Shown one piece after another: positions 9,995-20,856 of a stretch of 64,000 nt of DNA; position 1 is the first letter of the stretch; every line of letters starts with the position of its first letter. A model generated the notes under the pieces. It was not told where the DNA came from, made no database searches, and saw only the letters and a program-made list of their open reading frames with translations. This DNA comes from Candidatus Multivoradales bacterium (GTDB taxonomy: Bacteria; Acidobacteriota; Thermoanaerobaculia; Multivoradales; JAHEKO01), in NCBI GenBank assembly GCA_965223855.1, contig CBDCXM010000009.1:2080001-2144000 (forward strand). The letters are read 5' to 3'. A program made the position numbers and the translations under genes.

Positions 9995-10384
9995 GTGAGC
10001 ACCGGCACGAGCGACCTGCGGCGCTTCGGCCTGGCGTTCGGCGGTGGGCTCACCGTCCTCGGAAGCCTGCTCGCCTGGAAGAGCAAGGCGGCCGCTCCCT
10101 GGGTGCTGGGTGCCGCCGGGACGATCTTCGTCGCCGGCCTCCTGGCGCCCCGCCTCCTGGCGCCTCTCGAGAAGGTGATGGCGGCGATCTTCCGCGCCGT
10201 GACCGTCACGTTGACGTACGTCCTCCTGACGATCATTTTCGTCGTCGTGCTCACGCCGATGGGACTCGTGCGCAGACTGCTCGGGCGAGACTCCCTCGGC
10301 CTCAAGCTCGAGCCGGATCGCGAAAGCTACTGGGTCGACGTCGAGGCCGACGGCCCCGGCTCGCGACCCGAGTCGCCCTTTTGA
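9995..10384 (+). CDS. SxtJ-like small membrane protein
   Basis: LRRFG...TPMGLVRRLLGRD.L..SYW pattern; directly follows the carbamoyltransferase. Confidence 0.75.
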   Translation: MSTGTSDLRRFGLAFGGGLTVLGSLLAWKSKAAAPWVLGAAGTIFVAGLLAPRLLAPLEKVMAAIFRAVTVTLTYVLLTIIFVVVLTPMGLVRRLLGRDSLGLKLEPDRESYWVDVEADGPGSRPESPF

Positions 10385-10386
10385 GG

Positions 10387-11487
10387 CTAGCGCGGCAGCT
10401 CGATGTCGGCGGGAAGCTCGTGCCCCTCGTCGGCGAGGAAGCGGCGGAAGTGGTCCTTGTCGATCGCCTTGTCGAGCGCCGAGAGCGGCTCCACCAGATC
10501 GTCCGAGACCAGTTTCTTGAGCGAGTCGTCCATCGTCGTCATGCCCTCGCCTCTGCCGCTCCGGATGATGTCGGGGATCTTGTAGGTCTGTCCGGCTCGG
10601 ATCGCCTGCGAAAGTGCGGCCGAGTGAAATAGGATCTCGAGCGCCGCGATTCTCCCTCCGCCGACGCGCCGCACCAGCTGCTGCGCGATCACTGCGCGCA
10701 GCGCCGAGGAAAGAGTCTGCGCGATGCCGTCACGGCGGTCCGACGGGAAGGCGGCGAGCATGCGGTCCAGAGTCTTGGCTGCGGAGTTGGTGTGGAGGGT
10801 TCCGAGGACGAGCAGGCCGGCGTCGGCGGCCCTGAGTGCGATCTCGATCACTTCGGCGTCGCGCAGCTCACCGACGAGGATGACGTCCGGGTCTTCCCGC
10901 AGGGCGACGTGAAGCGCCGAGGCGAAGCTCTTCGTGTGGGTGCCGACTTCGCGCTGGTGGAGGATCGACAGGCGGTTCCTGTGGACGAACTCGATCGGGT
11001 CCTCGACGGTGACGATGTTGGCCGCCCGCTCGCTGTTGATCAGATCGACGACCGCGGCGAGGGTCGTGCTCTTCCCGGCTCCGGTCGGACCGGTGACGAG
11101 CACCAGCCCGGCATCGAAGCCGGCGGTCAGGCGCACGCTGTCGGGGAAGCCGAGCTGTTCGAGTGTCACCACCTCGCTCGGGATGATGCGAAAACTGGCC
11201 GCCAGGCCGCGAAGCTGTCGGAAGACGTTGCCGCGGAAGCGGGCGACACCTTCTACCTCGTAGGCGAAGTCGCACTCGCCGTGCTCCTCCAACTGCTTCC
11301 ACACCGCGGCCCGGCAGATCGGCTTGACGAGCGCCTCGACTTCGGTGTCATCGAGGATGCGGTAGCGCACGGCGTCGAGCTCTCCGGCGATTCGCAGCAT
11401 CGGCGGCTGACCCGCCGACAGGTGGAGGTCGGAGGCGCCCCGATCCGCGGTCAGTCGCAGGAAACGGTCGATCCTCGAGGCGCTCAT
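10387..11487 (-). CDS. PilT/PilU-family ATPase
   Basis: ASDLHL, GPTGAGKST, EDPIE, LREDPDVILVGELRD, TLHT; ATG 11487 overlaps the upstream stop. Confidence 0.92.
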   Translation of the reverse strand: MSASRIDRFLRLTADRGASDLHLSAGQPPMLRIAGELDAVRYRILDDTEVEALVKPICRAAVWKQLEEHGECDFAYEVEGVARFRGNVFRQLRGLAASFRIIPSEVVTLEQLGFPDSVRLTAGFDAGLVLVTGPTGAGKSTTLAAVVDLINSERAANIVTVEDPIEFVHRNRLSILHQREVGTHTKSFASALHVALREDPDVILVGELRDAEVIEIALRAADAGLLVLGTLHTNSAAKTLDRMLAAFPSDRRDGIAQTLSSALRAVIAQQLVRRVGGGRIAALEILFHSAALSQAIRAGQTYKIPDIIRSGRGEGMTTMDDSLKKLVSDDLVEPLSALDKAIDKDHFRRFLADEGHELPADIELPR

Positions 11488-13940
11488 GCTCTGACGACTC
11501 CCCGCTCGGCGAGCCAGGCCGGGTCGCAAAGCGGCTCGAAGACGGCTCGCTTGGTAGCGAGGTACCAGGCGTCCTCGGGCCGGACCGCGCGCTCCTGAAC
11601 CTTCTTCAGCAGCGCCTGGTCGAGCGTCTGGTTGCCGATCTCGCTGCCGAGCTGCATGAGGCCCGGAATCTGGTGGGTCTCGGCCTTCCGGATCAGGTGT
11701 CCGATGCTCGGCGTGACTTTCAGCACCTCGAAGACGCCGACGCGACCGGGAGGCTTGGCCTTCGGCAGCAGTCGCTGACAGACGACGAACTTCAGGGTCT
11801 CCGAGAGTGCCGAGCGCGCGTGATCCTGCTCCTCGGGCGAGAAGGCGGTGATCAGCCGATCGATCGCCTGTACGACGGTCGAGGTGTGGAGCGTCGTCAG
11901 CACCAGATGTCCGGTTTCCGCCGCCTCGAGGGCGAGCCGGATGGTGTCGGCGCGTCGCAGCTCTCCGAGGACGAGGATGTCCGGGTCCTCGCGCAGCGCG
12001 GCGCGCAGACCGCGGGAGTAGCTGCGGCTGTGGACCCCGATCTGCCTCTGATTGACGAGAGCGAGCTTGGAGCGGTGGACGATCTCGATCGGATCCTCCA
12101 TCGAGATGATGTGGACCGCCTTGCGGTCGTTGATGCGATCGACGACCGCCGCCAGCGAGGAGCTCTTGCCGCTGCCGGTCGGACCGCAGAACGCCACGAT
12201 CCCCTGGTGGTAGTTCACCAGGTCGTCGAGGATCTCGGGCATTCCGAGTCGCTCCATGGTCGGCGGCCGCTCCGCGATGACTCGGAAACTGGCCGACCAC
12301 CCCTTGCGACTGAGGAACGCATTGCCCCGATAGCGCCCGACCCCCTCGATCTCGTAGTCGAAGTCGAGCTCTCCCTTTTGCTGCATGGAGGTCTGCTGCT
12401 CCGGGGAGAGGATCGAGAGAATCAGCTCCTTGGCCTCGGTCGGCGAGAGTTCGCGATCGGTCATCGCCTTGAGTTGGCCGTCGAGCCGCATGAGCGGTGG
12501 CTCGCCGGCAGCGAGATTGACGTCACTGGCGGTGCTGCGGCGTGCCTCGTAGAGGCGCTGGTCGAGTTCACGATCGAACGACTGCTCGATCTGAATCTCG
12601 TCCGGATGATCCTCCTCGAGGCCGAGTTCGGAGATCAGTCGCGAGATCATGTCGCCCGCCCGCCGGCGGACGGTGAGCGACGAGTCGGTGTTGCGGCAGT
12701 GGGCGAAGACCGGCATCAGCCGTTCGTCCTGGATCCTCCCGAGGCCTTGCAGCGCTTCGAGCCGCACCTCGTCGCGGGGGTCCTTCAGCAGCTCGACCAG
12801 CGCCTGCAGTGAGGCGGGGGTGCCGAAGCGCCCGAGGGCGTCGATCGCCGCCCAGCGGATCTCGTCATCGCCGAGGACTGCGATCAGCGGCTCCACGGCG
12901 CGCTCGTCGCCGAGTTTCGCCAGCGAGTCGCAGACGGTGACCCGGATCCACCAGTCGTCGTCGGCGAGCAGGTCGCAGAACGGGGCGACGAGCTCCTGGC
13001 TGTCGAACGCCTCTGCCAGGGTCAGTGCGTAGAAGCGGGTTCCGGGGTCTTCGTGCCTCAGGAGCTCCAGCGTGGCCCGCAGGACCGGCTCGCCTCCCTC
13101 CCCGAGGCCCTGAAGCACGCGAGTTCGCAGCCAGCCGAGGAGGCCGCTGCAGAAGCGCAACGCCTCCGGGACGACCACTTCGGCCGGGCCGCTCGCGAAC
13201 AGCACCTGGCTCGCCGCCTTGCGCACCGCGCGATCGCGATGGGTGAGCCCCTGGAGCATCGCGTCACGGACCAGTTCCGGCGCCGCCGCGGCCTCCCGTT
13301 TCAGATAGTCGCTCGCCACCGCTCGCGTCTGGGCCTCGCCGGTGGCGAAGCGATCGAGCATCAGTTTCAACACCTGCTGGCCGCGGACCTCGGCCAGCGC
13401 CTGCAGGGCGCGCGCCCCCAGGCGGCGGTCTTCGGAGTCGCACAGGCGCAGCAACAGCGTCTGCAGTTCGGCCGGCCGCTCGATCTCGAGCAGCTCGTTG
13501 AGCGCCTTGAGTCGCATCGCCGGCGGTGCCGCCACGACCGCTTTCTGCAGGTAGAGCCTTCTCAGTGGGTCCTCGAGCATGAGCGCGGTGTCCCAGCCGA
13601 GACGGCGCTCCTCCGGCTCGTTCGAGCGCAGCAGGTCGTCGACCGCGGAGCTGGTGAGCTCCTCGGAGGTTCGGCGCAGGGTCTCGGCGAGCCGCTCGCG
13701 AATCGCCGGTCGCGCCTCGCGGAGCCTCTCGAGAAGGCCCCTCACCGCCTTCGAGTTGGCGCGCGCCGCGAAGAACCGCTGTCCGGCCCGCGCGACCTCG
13801 TCGTCGCCGTGGACGGCCAGCTTGAGCGCCTCGACCGGTTGCAGCGGCTTGCCGATCAGATCGGCGAGCAGGGAGTCCCGCTCCTGGTCGGAACTCCACT
13901 CGGAGGCGACCAGCCGGGCCAATGCGGAGGAGGCGCTCAC
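11484..13940 (-). CDS. HEAT-repeat + PilT-family ATPase fusion (818 aa)
   Basis: N-half has HEAT/PBS-lyase-like repeats ([40 protein letters not shown]); C-half has [30 protein letters not shown]. Confidence 0.9.
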   Translation of the reverse strand: MSASSALARLVASEWSSDQERDSLLADLIGKPLQPVEALKLAVHGDDEVARAGQRFFAARANSKAVRGLLERLREARPAIRERLAETLRRTSEELTSSAVDDLLRSNEPEERRLGWDTALMLEDPLRRLYLQKAVVAAPPAMRLKALNELLEIERPAELQTLLLRLCDSEDRRLGARALQALAEVRGQQVLKLMLDRFATGEAQTRAVASDYLKREAAAAPELVRDAMLQGLTHRDRAVRKAASQVLFASGPAEVVVPEALRFCSGLLGWLRTRVLQGLGEGGEPVLRATLELLRHEDPGTRFYALTLAEAFDSQELVAPFCDLLADDDWWIRVTVCDSLAKLGDERAVEPLIAVLGDDEIRWAAIDALGRFGTPASLQALVELLKDPRDEVRLEALQGLGRIQDERLMPVFAHCRNTDSSLTVRRRAGDMISRLISELGLEEDHPDEIQIEQSFDRELDQRLYEARRSTASDVNLAAGEPPLMRLDGQLKAMTDRELSPTEAKELILSILSPEQQTSMQQKGELDFDYEIEGVGRYRGNAFLSRKGWSASFRVIAERPPTMERLGMPEILDDLVNYHQGIVAFCGPTGSGKSSSLAAVVDRINDRKAVHIISMEDPIEIVHRSKLALVNQRQIGVHSRSYSRGLRAALREDPDILVLGELRRADTIRLALEAAETGHLVLTTLHTSTVVQAIDRLITAFSPEEQDHARSALSETLKFVVCQRLLPKAKPPGRVGVFEVLKVTPSIGHLIRKAETHQIPGLMQLGSEIGNQTLDQALLKKVQERAVRPEDAWYLATKRAVFEPLCDPAWLAERGVVRA

Positions 13941-14040
13941 GGCCGGAGAGCCTAGCAGCTTGCCGACGCGCCGAGCCGTTCGACGAACGGGGGCCGGCAG
14001 GGCATTAGAATCTCCGCCGACCGATGGAAGGGCTCGACTG

Positions 14041-14921
<881 letters not shown>

Positions 14922-14922
<1 letters not shown>

Positions 14923-16034
14923 TGGCGAAGGCGCTCAAGATCGGCGGGGCGGTGGTCAAGCGGGGTCAGCGCCGCAGGCTCGAGATCCCCGTGGCGCGCC
15001 TGCCGACCGGCACGCCGCTGTCGCTTCCCGTCACGGTGCTGCGGGGGAAGCCGTCCGGTCCCACGATCTGGCTCTCGGCGGCGCTTCACGGCGACGAGAT
15101 CAACGGCACCGAGATCATCCGCAGGGTGATCACCCAGCTCGATGCCAAGACGCTGCGCGGCACGGTCATCGCGGTACCGATCGTCAACGTCTACGGCTTC
15201 ATCGAGCGGAGCCGCTACCTGCCCGATCGCCGCGACCTCAATCGCAGCTTCCCGGGCTCCCGCAGCGGTTCACTGGCCTCGCGCCTCGCCCATCTGTTCC
15301 TCGCCGAGGTGGTGTCGCACTGCTCCCACGGAATCGACTTTCACACCGGCGCCCTGCATCGCAGCAATCTCCCCCACCTGCGGGCCGATCTGAAGGACGC
15401 GGAAGCGCGCCGGCTGGCCGCGGCCTTCAACGCTCCGCTGCTCTTTCACGCGAAGCGGATCGTCGGGTCTCTGAGAGCCGAAGCCTACAAGCGCAAGATC
15501 CCGATCCTCGTCTTCGAGGGGGGCGAGCCGCTGCGCTTCGACGAGCCTTCGATCCGCTCCGGCGTCCGCGGCACCCTGCGGGTGCTGGAGGCGCTCGACA
15601 TGATCGATTCCGAACCCGAGCGCCAGCGCTCGAAGACCACCCACGAGGCGTCGAAGGCGACCTGGCTGAGGGCGCCCAGGAGCGGCATTCTCCACCTCGC
15701 CACGTCGATGGGAGAGAAGATCGCCAAAGGGGACATCCTGGCGCGCATCGCCGATCCGTTCTCCGGCCGCCGTCGGATCCTGCGAGCGCCGTTCGACGGG
15801 CTGGTCTTCTCGCAGATCACCAATCCCCTGGTCTACCAGGGGGACGCGATCCTTCACCTCGCGATGCTCAAGCCCCGTCGGCGGTCCTCGAAGAAGAAGA
15901 AGGTGAGCGCCAAGGCGGGCACCAGGAAGGTCTCGAAGAGGGAAGCGCCCGCCCGGGCCGGCAAGACAGGCAGCGGGACGAAGAGCTCGGCTGTGGAGCC
16001 GCTCGTCAAGAAGCCCGCGAAGTCGGGCTCCTGA
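14922..16034 (+). CDS. succinylglutamate desuccinylase/aspartoacylase (M14) family protein with Lys/Arg-rich tail
   Basis: HGDEING, DLNRSFPG, IDFHTG, FEGG. Confidence 0.9.
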
Positions 16035-16836
16035 CGTCCCCGTCCTCGCGCTCGGCTTTCTTTCTCTCGGTCCAGAGCCGATCCAGCTCTTCGAGTTCGG
16101 TCTCGGCGACCGTCGTTCCCCGCTTCTCGAGCTCTTGCTCGACGCCACGGAAGCGCCGCGCGAACTTGCCGTTGGTCGAGGCGAGGGCGCCCTCCGGGTC
16201 GATGCCGAGGTGGCGTGCCAGATTGGCGACGGTGAAGAGGACGTCGCCGATCTCGTCGCGGAGGCGCTGTGGATCGGGTGACTCTGCTTCGAGCTCGGCT
16301 TCGAGTTCGCCGATCTCCTCGTCGAGTTTGGCCTTGACTTCGTCGGCCTTCGCCCAGTCGAAACCGACGCCGGAGGCCTTCTGGGTCACACGGTATGCGT
16401 GGACCAGTGCCGGCAGGGTCGTCGGTACGCCGTCGAGCACCGAACCGCTGCGCTCGGACGCCTTCCGCTTCTCCCAGGCGACCCGGACCGCTCCGGAGTC
16501 CGGAAGCCGTTCCTCACCGAAGACGTGCGGGTGTCGGTCGACCATCTTGGTCTCGATGCCGTCGATCACGTCCTCCACCGAGAAGGCTCCGCTCTCTCCG
16601 GCGAGAGTCGTCAGGAAGGCGACCTGGAACAGGAGGTCGCCGAGCTCCTCGCGGATCTCGTCCCAGTCGCCACCATCGACGGCGGCAGCCGCTTCGTGCG
16701 CTTCCTCGATGAGGAAAGGGCGCAGGTCGGCGAGTTCCTGCTCGCGGTCCCAGGGGCAGCCGTCCGGAGCTCTCAGGCGCGCGACGAGATCGGTCAGTCG
16801 GCGCAGACTCGAGCGCTCTTTCGGGGGTGTGCTCAC
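16006..16836 (-). CDS. mazG: nucleoside triphosphate pyrophosphohydrolase MazG
   Basis: LRAPDGCPWDREQ, EELGDLL, RHPHVF, GFDW, EIGDVLF, KFARRF. Confidence 0.95.
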   Translation of the reverse strand: MSTPPKERSSLRRLTDLVARLRAPDGCPWDREQELADLRPFLIEEAHEAAAAVDGGDWDEIREELGDLLFQVAFLTTLAGESGAFSVEDVIDGIETKMVDRHPHVFGEERLPDSGAVRVAWEKRKASERSGSVLDGVPTTLPALVHAYRVTQKASGVGFDWAKADEVKAKLDEEIGELEAELEAESPDPQRLRDEIGDVLFTVANLARHLGIDPEGALASTNGKFARRFRGVEQELEKRGTTVAETELEELDRLWTERKKAEREDGDVRSPTSRAS

Positions 16837-16894
16837 GATCGGGGGGCTTTGCTACGATGGCTGTTCAGGTTACACCAGCGCTGGAGATGTTCCG

Positions 16895-17455
16895 TTGAGC
16901 GAAGAAGGGCTCAAAGTCACCGATCGAAGAATGTTCACTCCTGATGGGGAGTTGCGGGAGGAGTTCCGCCACCTCGAGGAGTCCCCCGGCAGGGAAGAGC
17001 CGAGTGGGGAGGAGCGCGGCACGGACGAGCAAGACGCGACGGGATCCGACGTCGCCAGGAGCGCCGCCGCAGAAGCGAAGCCGACCGCCGGTTCTCCCTC
17101 GATCGAGAGCCCCCCATCCGGTCGCGTGGAGCAGGAGCCGCCCACCGGGCCGATCGCGGGTGCGGAGGCCACCGCCGGCCCCGGGGAAGGACCGGACGGC
17201 GAGGCCGAGGTGGGGAAGATGTTCCCCGAGCTGATCGGGGTCCTCGCCGAGCCGGCCGCCCTCTACCTCGGGGACGCTCAGCTCCCGGACGGCCGGACGA
17301 TGGAGAACGCCGAGATGGCGCGCTTGCACATCGACCTGCTGGCGGCGCTCAAGGCGAAGACGGCCGGCAATCTCGATGAGCGGGAGTCGGCCCTGCTGGA
17401 CAACATCCTCTATCAGCTCAGGGTTCGCTACGTTCAGAAGTTCGGGCCGCAGTAG
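16895..17455 (+). CDS. DUF1844-like protein
   Basis: N-terminal KVTDRRMF; C-terminal ARLHIDLL..LKAKTAGNL...E..LL...LYQLRVRYV; TTG start with GGAG. Confidence 0.75.
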   Translation: MSEEGLKVTDRRMFTPDGELREEFRHLEESPGREEPSGEERGTDEQDATGSDVARSAAAEAKPTAGSPSIESPPSGRVEQEPPTGPIAGAEATAGPGEGPDGEAEVGKMFPELIGVLAEPAALYLGDAQLPDGRTMENAEMARLHIDLLAALKAKTAGNLDERESALLDNILYQLRVRYVQKFGPQ

Positions 17456-19270
17456 ATGAGGGCGCGGTCGCCGTGGAGGATCTGGGCCGCGGCCGTATGG
17501 ACCGCCGCGGCGATCGGCGTTGCGGCCGTCGGTGTTGCAGCGCTCGGTGCTTCGGCGGCCAGCGCCGCGGAGGTGACCGTCGAGGAGACCTCGCCGGAGG
17601 AGTTGGAGGAGGCGTCCCGGCCGCCCGGACTGCGACTCGACGCGGGCGCGCGGCGCGACCTGGCGACGCTTCAGCAAGGCTGGTCCGAGTGGCTGGCCGC
17701 GTACGAAGCCGACGATTCGGACGGCGAGGAGCTCGCTCTCGAAGGCGTTCTCGAGCGGCTCGATCTTCTCGGCATGAGCGGGATACCGGAACTCAGCGTT
17801 GCCGCCTCGGCCCGTGCCGTCGAATCTGCGCGGCTCGGCGACCTGAGGCGGGCGGCGAGAGCGCTGACGGCGGCGGAGCGGCTCGATCCCGGCCGACCCG
17901 AAACCGCCTTTGCACGGGCGGCGATCCAGGGACGGCAGGGCGAGCGGTGGAGAGGGGTCATTTCGACCTTCGAGGGCTACACCCGCCTGGCGAGGCAGCC
18001 GCTCGAGAGGAGGCTCTGGTTCCACAACGCCGTGCTGTGGAGCCTTACCACGGCTCTTCTCGGCGGCTGTGTCTTCGTGGTGCTGCTGATGGCGGTGCGG
18101 GGTCCGGCGCTTTTCGGCAGCCTCCTCAAGCCGCTGCGCCGCTGGATGCCGGCACCCGCCGCGGTGGCGGTTGTCGTAGCTCTGCTGCTGTGGCCGATCG
18201 CGATTCCGGGAGGTGTGCTGGCGATTGCGCTGAACTGGGCACTCCTGTTGTGGACCTACAGTCAGCGGTCCGAGAAGGTCGTGCTGGCGGCATTGTGGAT
18301 CCTCTTCGGCTTCACCCCTCTGATCCTCGACGAGCAGCGCCGCCACGTCTCGGTCGACCTGTCGCCGATGACGATGGCCGCCGAGGCTGCGAGGCTCGGG
18401 CATCTCGAGGGGCGGCTCTTCACCGACCTCAGTCGGCTCCACCTGTTGTTGCCGGACAACGAGGCGGCCGGCCATCTCATCGCCGATCAATACCGGCGAG
18501 CCGGTCAGTGCGACCAGGCGATGGGGCTCTACGAGGGTGTACTCGAGGCCGATCCCGACAACGCGCGCGCCTGGGTCGATCTCGGGGCCTGCCGCTTCCT
18601 GCGTGGCGAGTACGACCGCGCCATCGAGATCTTTCGCCGGGGCACGAGCCTCGATGCGGAGGTGGCGCAGGGACACTTCAATCTGAGTCTCGCTTACTCC
18701 GAGCTCTACGATTTCGCGGAGTCGGAGCGCTCCTTGACGCGAGCGCAGGCTCTCGACTCGTCGGCGGTCGCCCGCTGGCTCGAAGAGAGTCCCCGTCGCG
18801 GCGTGGCGGAAGTGGCCGCGGGTGTCGACCGGGCCGCCGAGGTGCGGCGCCACCTGCGCCGCTCCTGGCTGCTGGAGGACGAGCAGATGGCGTGGTCGTC
18901 TCCGCTCGAGGACTATCGATCGATCCCCATCGCCGCGGCCGGACTGCTGCTCTCCTTCGTGCTGAGCCGGTTCCTCCCCAGGAGCCGTCTCGAGTCGCAG
19001 GCTCCGCCCCTGATCGACTGGGGGGGGCGGCGAGGCGAGTTCTACCGCGTGATGCTGCCCGGGATCGCCGAGCTCGAGGCCGGCGAGTCCGTGCGCGCTG
19101 TTCTGTCTGTCACGATCCTCATCGGCTTGCTGCTCCTTCCGTGGGTCGCAGCCTACGGCTATCGGATCCCGTGGGGACTCGAGCCCGACTTTCGCCTGGG
19201 ATGGCTCGGGGCCGCTGTCGGACTCACCCTCTACTTCGTCCTGCGGTGGAGGAGGGAACTCGCCTACTAG
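17456..19270 (+). CDS. TPR-containing polytopic membrane protein
   Basis: TPR-like segments (ADPDNARAWVDLG, AQGHFNLSLAY) between TM helices. Confidence 0.8.
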   Translation: MRARSPWRIWAAAVWTAAAIGVAAVGVAALGASAASAAEVTVEETSPEELEEASRPPGLRLDAGARRDLATLQQGWSEWLAAYEADDSDGEELALEGVLERLDLLGMSGIPELSVAASARAVESARLGDLRRAARALTAAERLDPGRPETAFARAAIQGRQGERWRGVISTFEGYTRLARQPLERRLWFHNAVLWSLTTALLGGCVFVVLLMAVRGPALFGSLLKPLRRWMPAPAAVAVVVALLLWPIAIPGGVLAIALNWALLLWTYSQRSEKVVLAALWILFGFTPLILDEQRRHVSVDLSPMTMAAEAARLGHLEGRLFTDLSRLHLLLPDNEAAGHLIADQYRRAGQCDQAMGLYEGVLEADPDNARAWVDLGACRFLRGEYDRAIEIFRRGTSLDAEVAQGHFNLSLAYSELYDFAESERSLTRAQALDSSAVARWLEESPRRGVAEVAAGVDRAAEVRRHLRRSWLLEDEQMAWSSPLEDYRSIPIAAAGLLLSFVLSRFLPRSRLESQAPPLIDWGGRRGEFYRVMLPGIAELEAGESVRAVLSVTILIGLLLLPWVAAYGYRIPWGLEPDFRLGWLGAAVGLTLYFVLRWRRELAY

Positions 19271-19285
19271 GGCGAGGGTCTCGGC

Positions 19286-20611
19286 ATGGCATACGAGGGC
19301 TCACTGGCGGAGGCGCCGTTCACCGAGGTATTGCAGTACATCGCGCGCAACGGGGACACCGGAATCCTCACGCTCCAGGGGGAGGAGGAGATCATCGGCG
19401 TGACGTTCCTCGACGGCGACGTCGTGTCGGTGGACGCCGTGAACCAGGCTCCCGAGGAGGGCCTGGGGGTGGTACTCGACGAAGAGGACCTCGTGTCGAT
19501 GGAGGCTTTCACCAGCCTCGTCGCCGAGAATCGCGCCGGTGGCGGCAGGGTGACCGATCTCCTGATCGAGCGGAACTATCTGACGAGGGAGCAGTTGCTG
19601 GCCGCGATGCGGCGGCAGGCTCTGGATCTGTGCCGCCAGGCCTGCCAGTGGCGGCAGGGGCAGTTCCGTTTCTACCGGGGCGATCAGGTGTCGTACGAGC
19701 AGGGCGTCGAGCCTCTCGAAGTCGAGCATCTGCTGGCGACCCTGGCCGAGCCGCCCGACGAGGTCGCGGAGCCTCCACGGGATCTGTCGGCCGATACCGC
19801 GGATCGGGCCGACGCGCCCCCCGGTGAGGTGCCCGAAGTCGAGCTCCTCGATCTCGGGCCTGCGCTGGCGGCGGAGGCCGACGCCTACGAGGGGGCGTTC
19901 CAGCCTGGCGGAGGAGCCTCGATATCCGAATCCTTCGTGCCGCCTTCCGGCGAGCCTGCCGCCGGCGAGGTCGGGACTCCGGAGGTCGAGCCGCTGGAGG
20001 TCGAGTCTCTGGAGGTCGGGTCCCTGGCGGTCGGGTACTCGGAGGAGGCGTACGCCGAGATCGGCTATCCGGAGGTCGAGATGCCGGACCCCGAGCCCGA
20101 AGACGAGTTCGAGGAGCCCCGTCGCCGGCGGCTCGACATCGACTGGAGAGAGTTCTGGGGTTCGAGCCTGTCGCCGGTGCTTCCGGGCCGGCTCCTCGCT
20201 CTCGGGCTGCTCGTCAGTCTGGTGGGCCTCGTGGTGATGGCGCCGGGTCGCTTCCTCCTGCCGCTCGGCGGCCAGGAGAGGATCCGCGCCGGCATCGCCA
20301 CAGGCGTGCAGGACTCGGTCTACACCAAGATCGATCGCGCGGCGAGAACCCATTTCCTGCTGGAAGGGGAGTTCCCCGGCCAACTCGCGGACCTCGTGGC
20401 ACTGCGCCTCCTGGCGGCCGGAGACCTGGCGGTGAGCGGCCGTGAGTTCGAGTTCACCCGGGCGCCGCTCTCCTATCAGCTGGCCCTCGACGGTGCGCGG
20501 AGCGATCCGGGTGCGGTCCGCATCGAGACCATTCGGGGGAACTTTCTGCTCGACCCGGACTACTCCCCGCCCGAGGTCCTGGCTCGACCGTCGCTCTTCC
20601 TCCTCGACTGA
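19286..20611 (+). CDS. DUF4388-like domain membrane protein
   Basis: MAYEGSLAEAPFTEVLQYIARNGDTGILTL...WRQGQFRF; acidic linker; one TM. Confidence 0.78.
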   Translation: MAYEGSLAEAPFTEVLQYIARNGDTGILTLQGEEEIIGVTFLDGDVVSVDAVNQAPEEGLGVVLDEEDLVSMEAFTSLVAENRAGGGRVTDLLIERNYLTREQLLAAMRRQALDLCRQACQWRQGQFRFYRGDQVSYEQGVEPLEVEHLLATLAEPPDEVAEPPRDLSADTADRADAPPGEVPEVELLDLGPALAAEADAYEGAFQPGGGASISESFVPPSGEPAAGEVGTPEVEPLEVESLEVGSLAVGYSEEAYAEIGYPEVEMPDPEPEDEFEEPRRRRLDIDWREFWGSSLSPVLPGRLLALGLLVSLVGLVVMAPGRFLLPLGGQERIRAGIATGVQDSVYTKIDRAARTHFLLEGEFPGQLADLVALRLLAAGDLAVSGREFEFTRAPLSYQLALDGARSDPGAVRIETIRGNFLLDPDYSPPEVLARPSLFLLD

Positions 20612-20712
20612 CAGCGCCTCCGGACGGGCGGAGCGGGTCCCGGAATCGTCAGTGAGAGGGTGTTCTCACGCGCCCGCGAGAGATCTTAGCGGCTTCTCAG
20701 CAAGTTCTGCGC

Positions 20713-20753
20713 TCAAGGACTTGACATCTACTCACTAAGGTTTGTATCCTTGA
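20713..20753 (+). promoter_or_regulatory. sigma70-type promoter of dnaK with overlapping inverted repeats (possible HspR operator)
   Basis: TTGACA 20721-20726, 18 bp spacer, TATCCT 20745-20750; TCAAGGA...TCCTTGA inverted repeat; CTTGACA-N7-ACTAAGG resembles HAIR (CTTGAGT-N7-ACTCAAG). Confidence 0.6.
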
Positions 20754-20856
20754 CGTCGCCGAGCCGTTCTCCGTGCCGGCCCCAGGGCCGAGCGAAGCGA
20801 GCACTGCCAACGTCGGTTCGGCGCCCAACGACCCCCGTCTTCAAGGAGGAAGCGCA

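Noticed and set aside
8144-10384. Saxitoxin biosynthesis cluster
   Set aside because: Only SxtI/J-like genes; no sxtA, sxtG or other core genes
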